Source: Eledone cirrhosa (lineage: Eukaryota). Taken from it: 64,000 bases of DNA. Position numbers and translations under genes: made by a program. The stretch covers positions 139,934,001 through 139,998,000 of the forward strand of contig OZ024741.1 of NCBI GenBank assembly GCA_964016885.1, read 5' to 3'. The notes beneath the pieces were generated by a model. The model was not told where the DNA came from, ran no database searches, and worked only from the letters and a program-made list of their open reading frames with translations. This document shows, piece after piece, positions 15,488 through 28,922 of the stretch (position 1 is the first letter of the stretch; every line of letters begins with the position of its first letter).

Positions 15488-16479
15488 CTATCTATCTATC
15501 TAAGGCGGGTAAAATTCCAGAGATCCATGGACGAGTTCTCTCCAGCGGTTTCTGTCCCTCCTTATCGCTGCCATATCCTGCATCTCCAACAGACCAGTGT
15601 CTGTCCTTAGGGCATCAACATATGTTAACCTTGGTCTTCCTCTTCTAGTGTGTCCATGTAGGGGCTCCCAAAGGAGCACTGAGTGCAATGTCAACTCTGG
15701 ATGTCGGTGAGCATGTCCAGCCATCCTCAGTCTTCTCTGTGTCACTTTTGAGCTGACTTTTGGGATGCTCCCATACAGCTCTGAGTTTTTCATCCTCAGT
15801 GTATACTGATTAATGTTGAGAGCCATCCTCAGCATTCTCGTGTAGCACCCATCCACCATATGAGTGAGTCTCTTGGTCAGTGTCCAAGTCTCAGACCCAT
15901 ACAGCAGCACAGACTCCACTACAGCAATGAAGAGGCGGATTTTCCTATCTCTACGAAGGTCCGACTTCCACACCGACCTCAAGCTGTGACACGCCGCCCA
16001 GGCCTTGCTCTTCCTCTCAACCACATCATCTTCCGTATTCCCAATCTTTGCTCCCAAATACAGGAAGTCCTCAACCAATTCCAGCGGCTTCCCGCCTACA
16101 TTAGTGATCCCCTCTGGCTTCTCAACATTCTCTACCAGATATTTTGTTTTAGTCTCATTCATTCTCAGCCCCACACTCATCGACACAGTCTCAACCTCCC
16201 GCATCAAATCCTCTGCCTCCTTCACTGTATTTGTCACCAAAACTATGTCGTCGGCAAATTCAGCATCCGATACCCTTTTCGCCCCAACTCTCCTGCCCTG
16301 AGCCGGTGCTACAGTAGAGCCAGAGTCCTGGTGTTTCTCCAGTGCAAGGCGCATACAATAGTCCACTACGACGATAAAACGGTAGGGAGCCAATGTATCT
16401 CCCTGGAGCACTCCAGCCAGTATCTCAAAGACCTCTGTCATCCCATCAGGTGTAATGACTTGGGCTTTGGTGTTGGTGT
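15488..16479 (-). mobile_element. 5'-truncated RTE-clade LINE; open RT C-terminal ORF, (GATA)n tail, 12-bp TSD
   Basis: GVLQGDTLAP, FADD, N..KT, F.YLG, LLYGSETW, RRLR.AGH and RGRP motifs in an uninterrupted frame to TAG at 15500-15502. TSD AGGTTATGGTAT at 15476-15487 and 16480-16491. Confidence 0.92.
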
Positions 16480-16641
16480 AGGTTATGGTATAATCCGTAA
16501 AATTCTGTCGAAGTCTGAATGTTCTGAGAGGGAAGTAGCATTGGACCAGGTGGGCGGTAGACAAAGCGCAGAGTAGGCAAAATCCGAATGGTGATTAGAT
16601 CGAGTCAGTCCCATGCCGCTGTTCATTATTACATCTGCAAG

Positions 16642-16825
16642 GGCGGTGAATTGGCAGTATCGGTAGAGGGTTGGACGCCATGTTTTCTAGCATAGTTACG
16701 TCCCTTTACAGTCTGTGTTCAAATCCCGCCGAGGTTAACTTTGCCTTTCATCCTTACGGGGTCGATAAAATAAAGTAACAGTAATGTACTGGGTAATTGC
16801 TAGCCTTGTGCCTAAAGTAGAAACA
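16642..16825 (+). mobile_element. Full-length tRNA-derived SINE with 17-bp TSD
   Basis: GGCGGTGAATTGGCAG...GTTCAAATCCC...AAAGTAGAAAC, flanked by ATTATTACATCTGCAAG at 16625-16641 and 16826-16842. Confidence 0.88.
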
Positions 16826-17055
16826 ATTATTACATCTGCAAGTGCTCAATATTTCAGGAGCATTATTTATTTAGGTTTGAAGGTTCACCACTGGACAATT
16901 CCGTATGGTCAATCTTGATGTAATAATATGGAGAGTACTCAACGTAAATCAGCTCAACCGTCTTCGTTTGTGTAGTTGGTGGTGCGAGTACGGAGTTAAA
17001 TATTATAATAAAATAACAGGAGGCTGGACTTATGTAAATCCTTGAAAGGTTTATT

Positions 17056-17113
17056 ATACTATGATCATTTCAATGACTAGGTTCTGTATGAATCCGGTGA
17101 TATCATCAGGTAT
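17056..17113 (-). ncRNA. Type-I hammerhead ribozyme (family C)
   Basis: Reverse-complement copy of the motif at 18841-18898. Confidence 0.75.
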
Positions 17114-18840
17114 TCGAAATATAATAAATGAATGTAACAGATAAAATCCTTGGGGCTGAAAATCATACACCCGAGGACGACCGATCATATAGCATCATTC
17201 ACTTTAGCCGGTCGCCCTCAAGTGCTGCCCATTCTGCCTACCTAAGGCTATCTGGTGAGGGGGCTAAAGCTTATAGTGTGCTACTAACCTCCCGGTCAAA
17301 GAGAAGAAAAACAGAAAAAAAGAAAAAGAAAATTCAGCGTTAATGTCATGCTACAAGAAAAAAGACAGAAAGAAAGAGGAAGAAAAGTCAGCATCGATGC
17401 CATGCTACAGTCAGGCCAGGAATTGCCGCGAAAAAAGTTATTCTAAAGGACCCGTATCTTAACAGAGGTATATATTGTGGGGGTCTACATGGTATGATGT
17501 GTGAGCAGAAGATTGGAACGTTAAATGTTGTTTAGAGTTATAGGATGGAGTTAAAAAAATTAAAGATTGACATTCTAAAATAAAAAAATTATAAAATTGA
17601 AAATTAAACCGTTTAAAACAATTTTCAGGTTTTGGGTTGCGAGATTTAATTAAAGAAAGAGTCTTTTATCAAGAAACTTTAATTGTGTTATAGAGATCCT
17701 CTATAAGTTATCCGAGTGGGATGTAGAATAAAGATTATGTCCTTGTTTAGCAGTCAAACAGCATGCGGCGACTGCAGACTCCGGCTAGCCCATCCTAACC
17801 ACGTGTCAGCCATTCTGAGTGAGATCGCTTAGCAAAAGATATGGAAATCAATTTTTCTAAGCACTCTAGGAATCTTTTCCGGTCTTCTGGCGTGCTAGTT
17901 GGAAGTCAACCATCTCCGTTAGGCCATCGTTATACCAAACGATTACTATTAATTTACACAGGAGGGGGATTTGTTTAAGTAGAGGGAGGCATGAAAGAGC
18001 TAATAGTTATGAAAAAGCCTAGAATTTTAAAATACTATATGGCGGTCAAAAAAAGCCTGGAATATATTCCTAGAGTGCTTCTAAAAATTGATTTCCATAT
18101 CTTTCGCTAGGCGATCTCACTCGGATTGGCTGACACGTGGTTAGGATGGGCTGGCCGGAGTCTGCAGGCGCCGCATGCTGTTTGACTGCTAAACAAGGAC
18201 ATCATCCTTACTCTACATCCCACTCGGATAACTTATAGAGGATCTCTATAATACAATTAAAGTTTTTTTATAAAAGACTCTTTCTTTAACTAAACCTCGC
18301 AACCAAAATCTTAAAATTGTTTTAAACTGTCTAATTTTCAATTTTCTAATTTTTTAAATTTTATTTTGTTAATCTTTAATTTTTTTAACTTCATCCTATA
18401 AATCTAAACCAAATTTAACGTTCCAATCTTCTGCTCACACATTATACCATGTAGACCCCCACTATATATACCTCTGTTATAATATATACGTCTGTTAAGA
18501 TACGGGTCCATTAGAATAACTTTTTTTGCGGCAATTCCTGTCCTGATTGTAGCATGGCATTAATGCTGATTGTCTTCCTCTTCTTTTTGTCTTTTTTCTT
18601 GTAGCATGACATTAACGCTGGAATTTCTTTTTCTTCCTTTCTGTTTTCTTCTTTTTGACCGGGAGGTTAGTAGCACACTATAAGCTTTACCCCCCTCACC
18701 AGATAGCCTTAAGTAGGCAGAATGGGCAGCACTTGAGGGTGACCGGCTAAAGTGGAAGATGCTAGATGGTCGGTCGTCCTCGGGTCTATGATTTTCAGCC
18801 CCATGGATTTTATCTGTTACATTCATTTATTATACTTCGA

Positions 18841-18898
18841 ATACCTGATGATATCACCGGATTCATACGGAACCCAGTCATTGAAATGATCATAGTAT
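18841..18898 (+). ncRNA. Type-I hammerhead ribozyme (family C)
   Basis: ATAC CTGATGA TATCACCGGATTCATACGGAACCCAGTCATT GAAA TGATCA TA GTAT, then AATAAA at 18899-18904. Confidence 0.8.
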
Positions 18899-19088
18899 AA
18901 TAAACCTTTCAAGGATTTACACAAGTCCAGACTCCTGTTATTTTATTATAGTATTTAACTCCGTACTCGCACCACCAACTACACAAACGAAGATGGTTGA
19001 GCTGCTTTACGTTGAGTACTCTCCATATTATTACATCAAGATTGACCACACGGAATTGTCCAGTGGTGAACCTTCAAACCTAAATATA

Positions 19089-19207
<119 letters not shown>

Positions 19208-22109
19208 CATGTACATCCTAAGTCTATTCTGATTCTCTAGATATGTGTGTGGCATAAGACGTATTATAATATTATTACATATATTCTTATGTTAGTTTTG
19301 ATTTGATGTTCTACCAACTAATTACGGTTCTCAAGCTGATTAACCGTATGTTGCAAGTCTAATGCATTTTTCATATCAATATTTTCTGTCTTTGCGAGAA
19401 ATAATACATCGTAAATTTTGTAATCGATCGTTATCTTCATTATGGCCTACATTACACGTTCAGGTTGGTTTTATTTTCTAAAACACGTTACTGATATCTA
19501 TAATGCCATTCTGGTTTGCTTCAGTCCCTCCAAAAATGTCCTTAATGACGGTAAACCTAGTTGTTGTTCAACTTGAGATTCTTTGTATCAATATATATAT
19601 ATATGTTGAAATACTATACTTCATTTTGATAAAATACCAGTTGGGGTATGCGGGGCTGTGTCAAACTGATTCGGCGTACAATGTATTGATCAATCCAAAA
19701 CAAACATACAGATATTGCGTAAAGGGACTGAACCAGATATCAGGATGTTACAAAATCAACTTTCTATGTGTGCAATTTTTCATTATTAAATTTTTCTAAT
19801 ACGCCATTATTATAATGTACTAATTTTTCTGATTAGCCAGTGAAACACTGTCTATAAACCTGAACATTTCTCCTGAGACTTCTCTAAGTCAAGAAGAATA
19901 CTTTTTCGTGTCCCATTTGTATAAATCTAATTAACTATTTTCTACTTATACTAACCAACCTGTTCATTAGATGCTTTGTAGGTCTCTTTTATTGTTTCCA
20001 CACATGAATTGAGACGTGTTGTTGTTTTATCATACTCAAACCCGAGAACCTCCACCTAATTGTGCGTGAGACTAAGAATTTCAATATCACTATATTTGTA
20101 CCCCTATTTTCAAGAATTGCCTCCACATAAGATTCAGGTCAGTTCTTCTCGTCTCGTTCCTTGCAGTTTTGTTGGATGACAATTGGTATTCACGTAAAAC
20201 ATTATCAAGCATTGATTTCAGTTGTTAATTTAAGGCTCACACGTCGCAGTGCGTTCTTTCATATCAATTTCATCTGAGCTGTAATATTGATATTATTGGT
20301 GGTCCATCAATAACTAGCTTTTCTATCCTTTACGCACTTAATCAATTTAAACGTATGCCTAGATCTGGTGCGACATGGAAGCCTAGGAGAGTAAATCTCA
20401 TAGTCTTCAAATGAAAAATTAAACAAAAAACACGAAAGAGATTAAAAAAAAAGGAAAAACGTGTGTATAACCGTATATGTAGCATTTAAGTACCACGAGC
20501 ATATATATATAAAACACACATTTCAGCAAAGAATATTTAGAAAAAAGAACGCATTTATGTAATTACTGGTAAACATCTAATGTTATTAAAAATGTTGCTA
20601 AACTTCGCTTAGAAGACCCGTGGGAAATATTTCTAGTGTTTTCTTAACAGATAACAATGTAGGGCATATATGTGATGAAATACATTACTTTGAAAGTTCC
20701 TCAATTATACTTGCTAAAAAAATATTAGTACTCAAATCGAGTGCTTTAATCATAATTTGTTAATATTCTACAACTACAGAGAGAGAAAACAAAGCAAAAT
20801 AAAAACATTCCCTCCACCTTGACTAAGTCCATATAATAAATAATTAGATAGATACATAAATATATACTACATTGTAGGGATGTTTCTTTCTCCTTTTCTC
20901 ACATATTGCCTCATTCTATGACAACATATTCACGCAACAGTTTTCTGTATACTATTATCATATTTCTCTGAATGCCATCTAAATATGCCAACTAGTTCCG
21001 AGCTCTTTGACTTCTTTGACGGATTATCTGCTAGCTATGTTTAACTATTATATGTTGGTGTAATACATATTTCCTCTTATTTACTTTCTATTTCATTGTA
21101 TATTGTAGTTCTCCATTATATATAATAACTCTCCACTGTGTATATCCGCTCTCCATGTTATATTGATGCTCTTCATTGTACTGTGTATGTTTCCATAGCG
21201 TATTGTAGCTCTCCGTAGTATATGTTCGCTTCAGGTTCATGATATCTATGAACACGAATTAATTTACTGTTGCATGCTGATGTTTTTGTTTCTTTCTTCA
21301 CCGCTTTCAGAAATGTGCGACCTTGTCCAATGTCAGAATCGATATTAATTTTACTTAATTGCTTTCTTTTCTCTGGTGTGTTTGCTATGGTATTTCCATT
21401 TCTATTCCCCTCACATGAAAGAATATCTAATATTTTGTTTTTGTTGTTGGTGTTGTTAAAATATATTTTTTCTGGCCACTATTTTTAGCTAGCTACCATG
21501 CTGGTGACTTACGCTAGAAAGATTCAACTCTATGTTCACAACTATTACCACTGCTACTCTATAAATTAGATTTGCAGTCTATTGACGTTCGTGGTTTCTT
21601 CAGTAGATTGAATTTGTTTGGAGTGCCCAGTTGTATTTGGATACTATTCCCACTAGATATTTTGTTTATCCTAAGCTTAGTGATACATGTTTAGATCTAT
21701 ATTTATCAATTTTCATACGAACAAAGTTTTTTTTATATTCTTTACTATGGGACGCCATTGACTCTGGTGATTGTATTGTGATGAATGTTATGATTTAGTT
21801 TATCATTTTGTGTGAGGTCGAGCTTCGTTTTTCTTATTATTATGGCTTGGTATTTGCATATGTATTTCCCCGTAGTCTTCAATTACTCATGGTTCGGGTG
21901 TGTCTCACTTTTTTCTTATTGTTTTGTCGATATGTTTGGCTTTCTAAAGCGTAGGTTTCTGTGAGCAGTCAGCTTTTGTCGTCTTATCTCTTATATAGAT
22001 AGGCGCTTCTCCTATATTTGTTTGTTCAGAGGATTCACGCTTTTTATGTGATGGATGCTGTTGTGCAATATTCATTTGTTTGTGGGAGATTACCTTATAT
22101 TCATGCGAG

Positions 22110-22169
<60 letters not shown>

Positions 22170-22530
22170 ATATATATATATATATGTATATGTATATATA
22201 TATGTATATATATATACGTTATGCTATAGGTGTGTGCGATATATAGTTTCATTGTAGCATCTCCCCATTGTTTATTGTAAATCTGCGTAATATTTTATTC
22301 TGTAACTGATATCAGCTATTAGACTGTAGCCACGTTCAGGAACCACCATGATTCAGTCGATCAAATCGACCTCAGTAATGTTATTTTCAAGGCTAATATA
22401 TTTTATATTAATCACTTGAGGTCGAACCACGAGGCTGCGTTACAAATACACGTACAGAGACACAAATGTGAACGCGCACACACATAATCACATGCACACC
22501 CACACACTCACACATGCACATAACATGTAT

Positions 22531-22582
<52 letters not shown>

Positions 22583-23557
22583 TTTTATTTATATATATAT
22601 ATACATATAGTAATATATAATTTACGTGATATATTGTGAGTTGTATCATATTGCCATCATTCGTTACTTTTAACCGTTTCATTTTCATTTGGCTTTACTA
22701 TTTGACCATTTACGATAATCCTATTCCTATTATCCAACTTCAAATATTCCTTAGATGTTCGATGCCTATTTGTTCTTCATTTATATTCCCTGGCGTGTGG
22801 TCTTTCCGGCATAATATTCATAAATTTACACGTCACGTCCAAGTTGATAATTATTTCATTTGTGACATAATCACTCTATAACGTTTTCGCTTTTTCAAAA
22901 TTTGTTTCGCTGAATGCTTGATTTCCGTCAGTTCCGAGGATAAGAGTTTAAGATATTTTAACAAAATAATCGAGGGCGAATTTAGCTCGCAATAATTGAG
23001 CATTGCAGTGACATAACATAATTCTCAATGCGCTTCAGCATAGCACGTTGTGAGACAATGCTGCCCTCTCAATTACAGGTACAACCTGTTTTAGTCTACT
23101 GAATTAATTGGAGTGTCCTAAAATAAACTCAAGCACGACGATGGAACACGAATACGCAACGTTGCGATTGGGTGACAAACAGCATTAAGCCAAACGTCTT
23201 GAAAATGAGACTTAATTAATTGTGTATAAAAAATTATACACGGATTTGCAAAAATATGTTCTCAATCAGTGTCAAACAAAATAATCTGAAGTATAAGCAT
23301 TCTTAAAATTCTATCCTACGTATTCTTTCCTGAGTTTCAAAATTGTGTCTGATTCTTTTATTTTTATTTTACGTTTGCAAGGAATAGTTCAAAGGACAGA
23401 TTAGGCATATATCTATCCTTTGTGTTATCTCAGAACATTTGAACATCGGTTAAATACATTTCCCAACGGGCATGTTTTATGCCATTTATGTTAGGAAGGT
23501 TTACACAGACACACACACACACAACACATACTCTCTCTCTCACACACACACACACAC

Positions 23558-23675
<118 letters not shown>

Positions 23676-24365
23676 ATATGTATATAAGAAAGTGTGTATG
23701 GTATCTGCCGGGTATCTATATTCTACTGAAGCAAGAGAGAACTATTTATTTCAACCTAAGCCGATCAGAATCAATATGCAGGTATTATTTGAATCGAGCA
23801 TTTTTGTTTCATGGCATTCTGTCTTAGCGATTGATGACAATCTCTATATGTATACCCTAGTTTCGTTGACCTTAAACATTAATCAATGTTTTGAAATCTC
23901 ATCCTCAAGAAAGTGATGCAATTTTGAGACTTCAGACTGAAAAATAATATTGATTTGTAACAATCAAACAAGATTTAGGGAGGGAATATGGCCGAGTGAA
24001 TTAAACGATATACATGATTTGTCAATGTGAATAAAACGCCAGAGAGAATGCTTTACCGTATATTTTCTGCGCTCTGTGTGCGAATCAAACTGAGGAAAAC
24101 GTATTCCATCTTTTAGCGGTTAATAAATAACAACTGCTCAATACTGAGACGATTCTATCCCTACATATCTACTCCACTGTCACATCAACTCTTAATATCT
24201 GTTTCACGATGTTTCCGTTTCATGTTCTTGTTCCTTATATCCAAAAGTAATTATAATCTAACCTCTCTTTTTAGCCTATCCATGAGAGCTAGAAGATTTC
24301 CTTAGTGTGTTAATTAAAATAACTATTAGTGAAAAGGAAATTATATCTTTTATATTACAGAACAT

Positions 24366-24542
24366 AGGGCGGTGAATTGGCAGTATCAGTAGAGGGTTGG
24401 ACGTCATGCTTTCTAGCATAGTTACGTCCCTTTATGGTCTGTGTTCGAGGTTAACTTTGCCTTTTATCCTTATGGGGTCGATAAAATAAAGTACCAGTAA
24501 TGTACTGGGTAATTGCTTGCATTGTGCCAAAAGCTAGAAACA
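24366..24542 (+). mobile_element. tRNA-derived SINE with 14-bp TSD (B-box partly deleted)
   Basis: Same SINE consensus, flanked by ATATTACAGAACAT on both sides. Confidence 0.85.
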
Positions 24543-24580
24543 ATATTACAGAACATCTTCTATAAATAATCCTTAACTAA

Positions 24581-25637
24581 TCTCTATATATAACACTGAG
24601 GTTGTATGTGTGTCTACTAAGATGGTCGGCACACATCGCCTCCTAAACCGTACGTTCAAATTTCGGTGAAATTGCTACACTTATAGATGAAGGTCCGGCG
24701 GAGCCATCGGTCAAACAAAATTTCAAATCGACGCACGCCAAGTGCAAATCGAATTTTGAATGTATGATTTTTCAGTTCAAATGTATAAATAGAGATGAGA
24801 GGCGAGTTATTTCCCTTTTATGGCGTCATTCTGTTTACCTATTTACGTTACGAATCAACGACGCGTGCAAAAGTACAAAAATACGCGAACAGTTTTCGGA
24901 CAAGGAACATTTTAACCTGCAAAATTCATGAGTTCGAAGTTTCAACATTAAGCTTCCATTTTGCTTCATTTCCATTAAAACATTTTTGAAACAATATTTT
25001 TACTTGAAAACAAGCCAATTTGAATACACCGTAAAACAAGCAAATATTTTGTAAAATAAGCATTGATATCGAATAAAGCCTTATGAGATTTTCATTTAGA
25101 AGCAATGATTTTAAACGACAGACAGTCGTGCAGAGAAGTGATATGGGCGATAAAGTTGTGCAGACAGCAGTCGGGCTGATAGACGGTGGAGGCATGCAGA
25201 CAGACAGTCGTGCAGAGAAGTGATATAGGAGATAAAGTTGTGTAGACAGACAGTCGTGCAGAGAGGTGATAGGCGATAACATTGCATGTTTTTGTTTGTT
25301 TTTCATGTCCATCCAATTTCTTTGTTTCAAAATAACTGATAGTTTGGTTACGCTGATCTTTTTCTCTGAGAATGCTGTTGTAGTGGTTACATTTCCGATT
25401 TTTGTTAATAGATTACCAGTGCAGTTTTTATCCCCAGCATACTCTTTTGTTTTAACATACGGGTTATGGTTATGTTTTCTTAACTTCATACTGTTGGTTG
25501 AGGAAATATTAATCGAAAGTACCACATGAAAGGCTACAATGTAGAGTCGACAGTTCTTAAGCCAAGAAAGGAACTTAACATTGTAACTGTAACAGAGCTA
25601 CTGAGCTGCCCCGAGCAACGTCGGGCTTTATTGCTAG
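24581..25637 (+). mobile_element. Non-autonomous Helitron (~1.06 kb) with internal minisatellite
   Basis: 5' A|TCTCTATATATAA. 3' GC-rich hairpin CCCGAGCAACGTCGGG followed by CTAG|T. Inserted between A and T. Internal ACAGACAGTCGTGCAGAGA repeats at ~25118-25285. Confidence 0.8.
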
Positions 25638-28249
25638 TCATAAATAATCCTGATGTAATTTTTCTTATTCATAAACGAGCTTCAAGATTCCAGAATATAC
25701 TTGAGAGAATAAAGAAGTTTGGATATATGTTATTGGCTGTTAGATAAAATATGTGAATAATAAAACGCTCATTAAAGTCCGGAAACGGTGTCTCGGGTTG
25801 CATTATCCCTTTAGCAACGGAAGCCTGTTACTTTCTTGCGGAGTCTATATGCCTGGATTTGAAGTGTTAGGATTAAAATATATAACTGACAATTTAAGAG
25901 AAATATATTTCCCTATTTTATATCTTATATCTTAGAGGTACATAAAATATATTTAACCTATATTTAATTGTGAATATATATATATATTTTTAAGGAAAAA
26001 ATATTTTTTCATTTTTCTGTTTGTGTGTATTTTGGCGTATATTTATTTATTTCGTAGCTTCTTGCTCCAGAATTCATTTCTTACTTTATTTAATCAGTAG
26101 ATTATGTATGGGTGGGGCATTTAATTCGTCATATGGTAATTGGTTTCATTTTCATCTTTAATATATTGTTATTTTGTATTTTTATTATGTTTCAATATAG
26201 TTTAATATCGCTAATTGTGCGTGTAACGTTTTTATCATTTTACACCTTAATATAAAAAAGCTACAGAAATTAAAATAAATAATTTATTTTTTATCAAAGA
26301 ATATTTCATCTCTAGCGAAATGATTAATTTTAGAATCTCATGAAACTGAATATATATATATATATATATATTTACAACGTAAACTAATCAAGTCATTGAT
26401 CTCATTTTTATAGTGGTAAGAATCTCGCATGAAAGCTGGGCAGCAGATGGACTTCATAGAAGAAACCCCCTCAAGTGAATGTTTAGGCCCTTAACTTCTT
26501 ACCCTCTATTGGGGCCAGAATGCATCCAAGTCATGACTTGTTGTGTATTTAAACTGTAAGGAGATTTTATTAATAGGAACTAGCTGGAACTCCAATGCCT
26601 CTGCTTTCGAACTTGTACGTAAACGCTTTCTGGAGGGTGGAAAAATTAACATTGGTAGACATGGTAGCGGTGAGACGTCAACAGTAACACCGCAGGTACC
26701 ACCACCATCAACACTACAAACTGACTCGCTCAGAAATATGTCCTATAGCGTGCGTGAAACTACAAACAAACACGATGCTCTCAAACGGTATGGGGGACGT
26801 TTTTGTACCTCCTTGACCAGACCAGCTGGGACTACTTGTTGTTGCCTCTGACATTATTGCCTTTAGGGCTTTTAAAAAGTAAGTATACAGTTTACGAAGC
26901 AGATCCATAATATTATTTCTTCAAAGCCTAAAAAGATTAGCACCCAATTCACTATTATATTAGCGAGATTCGAGAAATCGAAACGAAGGACATAATGAAA
27001 CAAATAATGTTATACATTATTGCTTCGGAGTAATGAAAATTAAGTTGGTAACAAGTAACGATTGAAGTAATCTCTCATTGAGACATCTATTTTTACACCT
27101 TGTTGCTTACAGATTACTTCATGTATCATCTCATAATTTTACAGATATTATGAGCTCATATATTTATTCATCTCTAAAATATATCTGCAATGTTCTGTTT
27201 ATGTAGATAATATATACTCTGAGTACTTAATGTTTCATTTTGGGGAAGTAGTAGAGGGTGAGAAAATACTGTCACTGGAGGAAAAATTTTGAAAACGATT
27301 GAATGAATAAGAGAACGATATTGTTAATTTCATTTCGTTTACAGCATGGCATTTATGCCTTCAACATCTCCGAGAATGGTAAAACATTACTTTGATAACG
27401 TTCCCATCTACTTTATATTTGAGCTTTTTATATTTATGATAAGTAATAGTTCACTGTAACTGAATGGTTGATGGCGAATAATTTTGTCCAATAAGTTTTC
27501 GATATATGTATAATAGTTTTGATGTGTCTCATGTAAATTTGCTATATTTTGGATCTGATTGGGTCGATTTTGATAATGTCAAGAGCGCAGGTTAACCGGA
27601 TTAGCGTTCTGTCCGGTTCAAAAGACCGCTGTTCCAGTTCATCTGCGCCCGGGCTCAGTTGTCTTCCACCATTGTTCAGTTTACTGAAATTATCACGTTT
27701 CTATTGATTGTTTGTTAGGGATTTGTTGCATAAATATTATAGGCAATTGTGAAATATTGTAATTATCCACATAGGATATAGATCTGCGTGAGAAGTTTCT
27801 ATAAAACACGATAACTCCATTGTTACGTGCATCCAGTCAAAGGCTAATAGTATAAAAAGTACCACCTTCGAAACCATGACCTCGTCAATAAGCCTTACAC
27901 CACATTGTCATGTACATGCAATAAAGTAGCACACACTTTAAATATAATATATAATCTAATATACAACTGAAGTATTGTAAACATATTCAGTTATTCCATA
28001 CGAAAAATGTAGCGTTAAGTATTTCAGCTTGCAGGGCTCAGTTCAGGATTAATTGTGAATATAGACAGTCAAAGAATAATCTCTGTTCAGACTTTATGGG
28101 GTATGTGCCCAAGCAGCTTTAGAATGCCCAACAAAAGCTGTGCGTCACTACAGCGATCCTAAGATTCTACCACGTTTTACATATATACATACATTCATGC
28201 ACACAAACATACACACATACGTACATGCATACATACATACATAAATACA

Positions 28250-28922
28250 TGATGATGGCTGCCTTCTCGTTATCGAGTGTGGCCATTGCACGATATACCA
28301 TTATTAATAATGATTAATTAATTCTATCGTGCAATGCCTGTGTGCGAAGATATATTTTTAAGTGAGGAAAGACTGTGCACTGAGCCAATTCCACTCTCTG
28401 AGCGACAGTAGCTATAACCCGAAAAGAAGAAAAGATCAACATCATCGGTAACTATTGAGCTTCAGGTTTTATATCGGAGTTATCCCAGTTTCCTGTGTTG
28501 CCCTCTCCTAGAAGAATTCCCTGCGAAAGGCTAGGGTTTCTTCACTCCCAGTGGTTTAACCGTGCGATCGGGTGTCAGCCCGACTATTTCTATATCCCCG
28601 CGTATATACATACACATGCACCCATATATATACATTTATACATATACATACTTATGTACATACATATTTACAGATTTTGGATGGCCGTTGACCCTCATGA
28701 GTTCTTCCGCCCTTTGTCAGGTTTTGTTTTTTGTCCTGCAGGGTGTCCAAAATCACCCTCCTCACCAAGTAAACTTGGTGGGGTGCCGGTAAGACACGAC
28801 CATGCGACAAGTTGTGCTGGGTTACATGTTACCAGTAGCACTCAAGAGTGACCCGGCATACATACATACATACATACATACATACATACATACATACATA
28901 CATACATACATACATACATACA
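28250..28922 (+). mobile_element. Diverged relative of the ~610-bp (CATA)n-tailed retroposon
   Basis: Shares CTCCTAGA..AAGGCTA, TTTTGGATGGCC.TTGA, GTCCTGCAGG.TG.CCAAA.TCACCCTCCTCACCAAG and the 3' end with 30191-30799. Ends in (CATA)n. Confidence 0.7.

Larger units (their letters stand above)
16869..19085. mobile_element. Family C ~1-kb-arm fold-back (pLTR + inverted pLTR), right end abutting (TA)n
   Basis: 16869-~17873 is the reverse complement of ~18065-19085. Hammerheads at 17056-17113 (-) and 18841-18898 (+). Confidence 0.88.

Noticed and set aside
15860-16576. 238-aa + strand ORF, and the first ~28 aa of the 354-aa - strand ORF
   Set aside because: The + ORF is the antisense shadow of the RTE RT. 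The N-terminal part of the - ORF lies beyond the TSD in flanking DNA.
24926-25525. 199-aa ORF inside the Helitron
   Set aside because: It spans the internal minisatellite and has no Rep/helicase or other recognisable motif.
27500-27900. Possible highly decayed LINE RT on the - strand
   Set aside because: Only faint motif similarity. It cannot be supported without a translated profile search.
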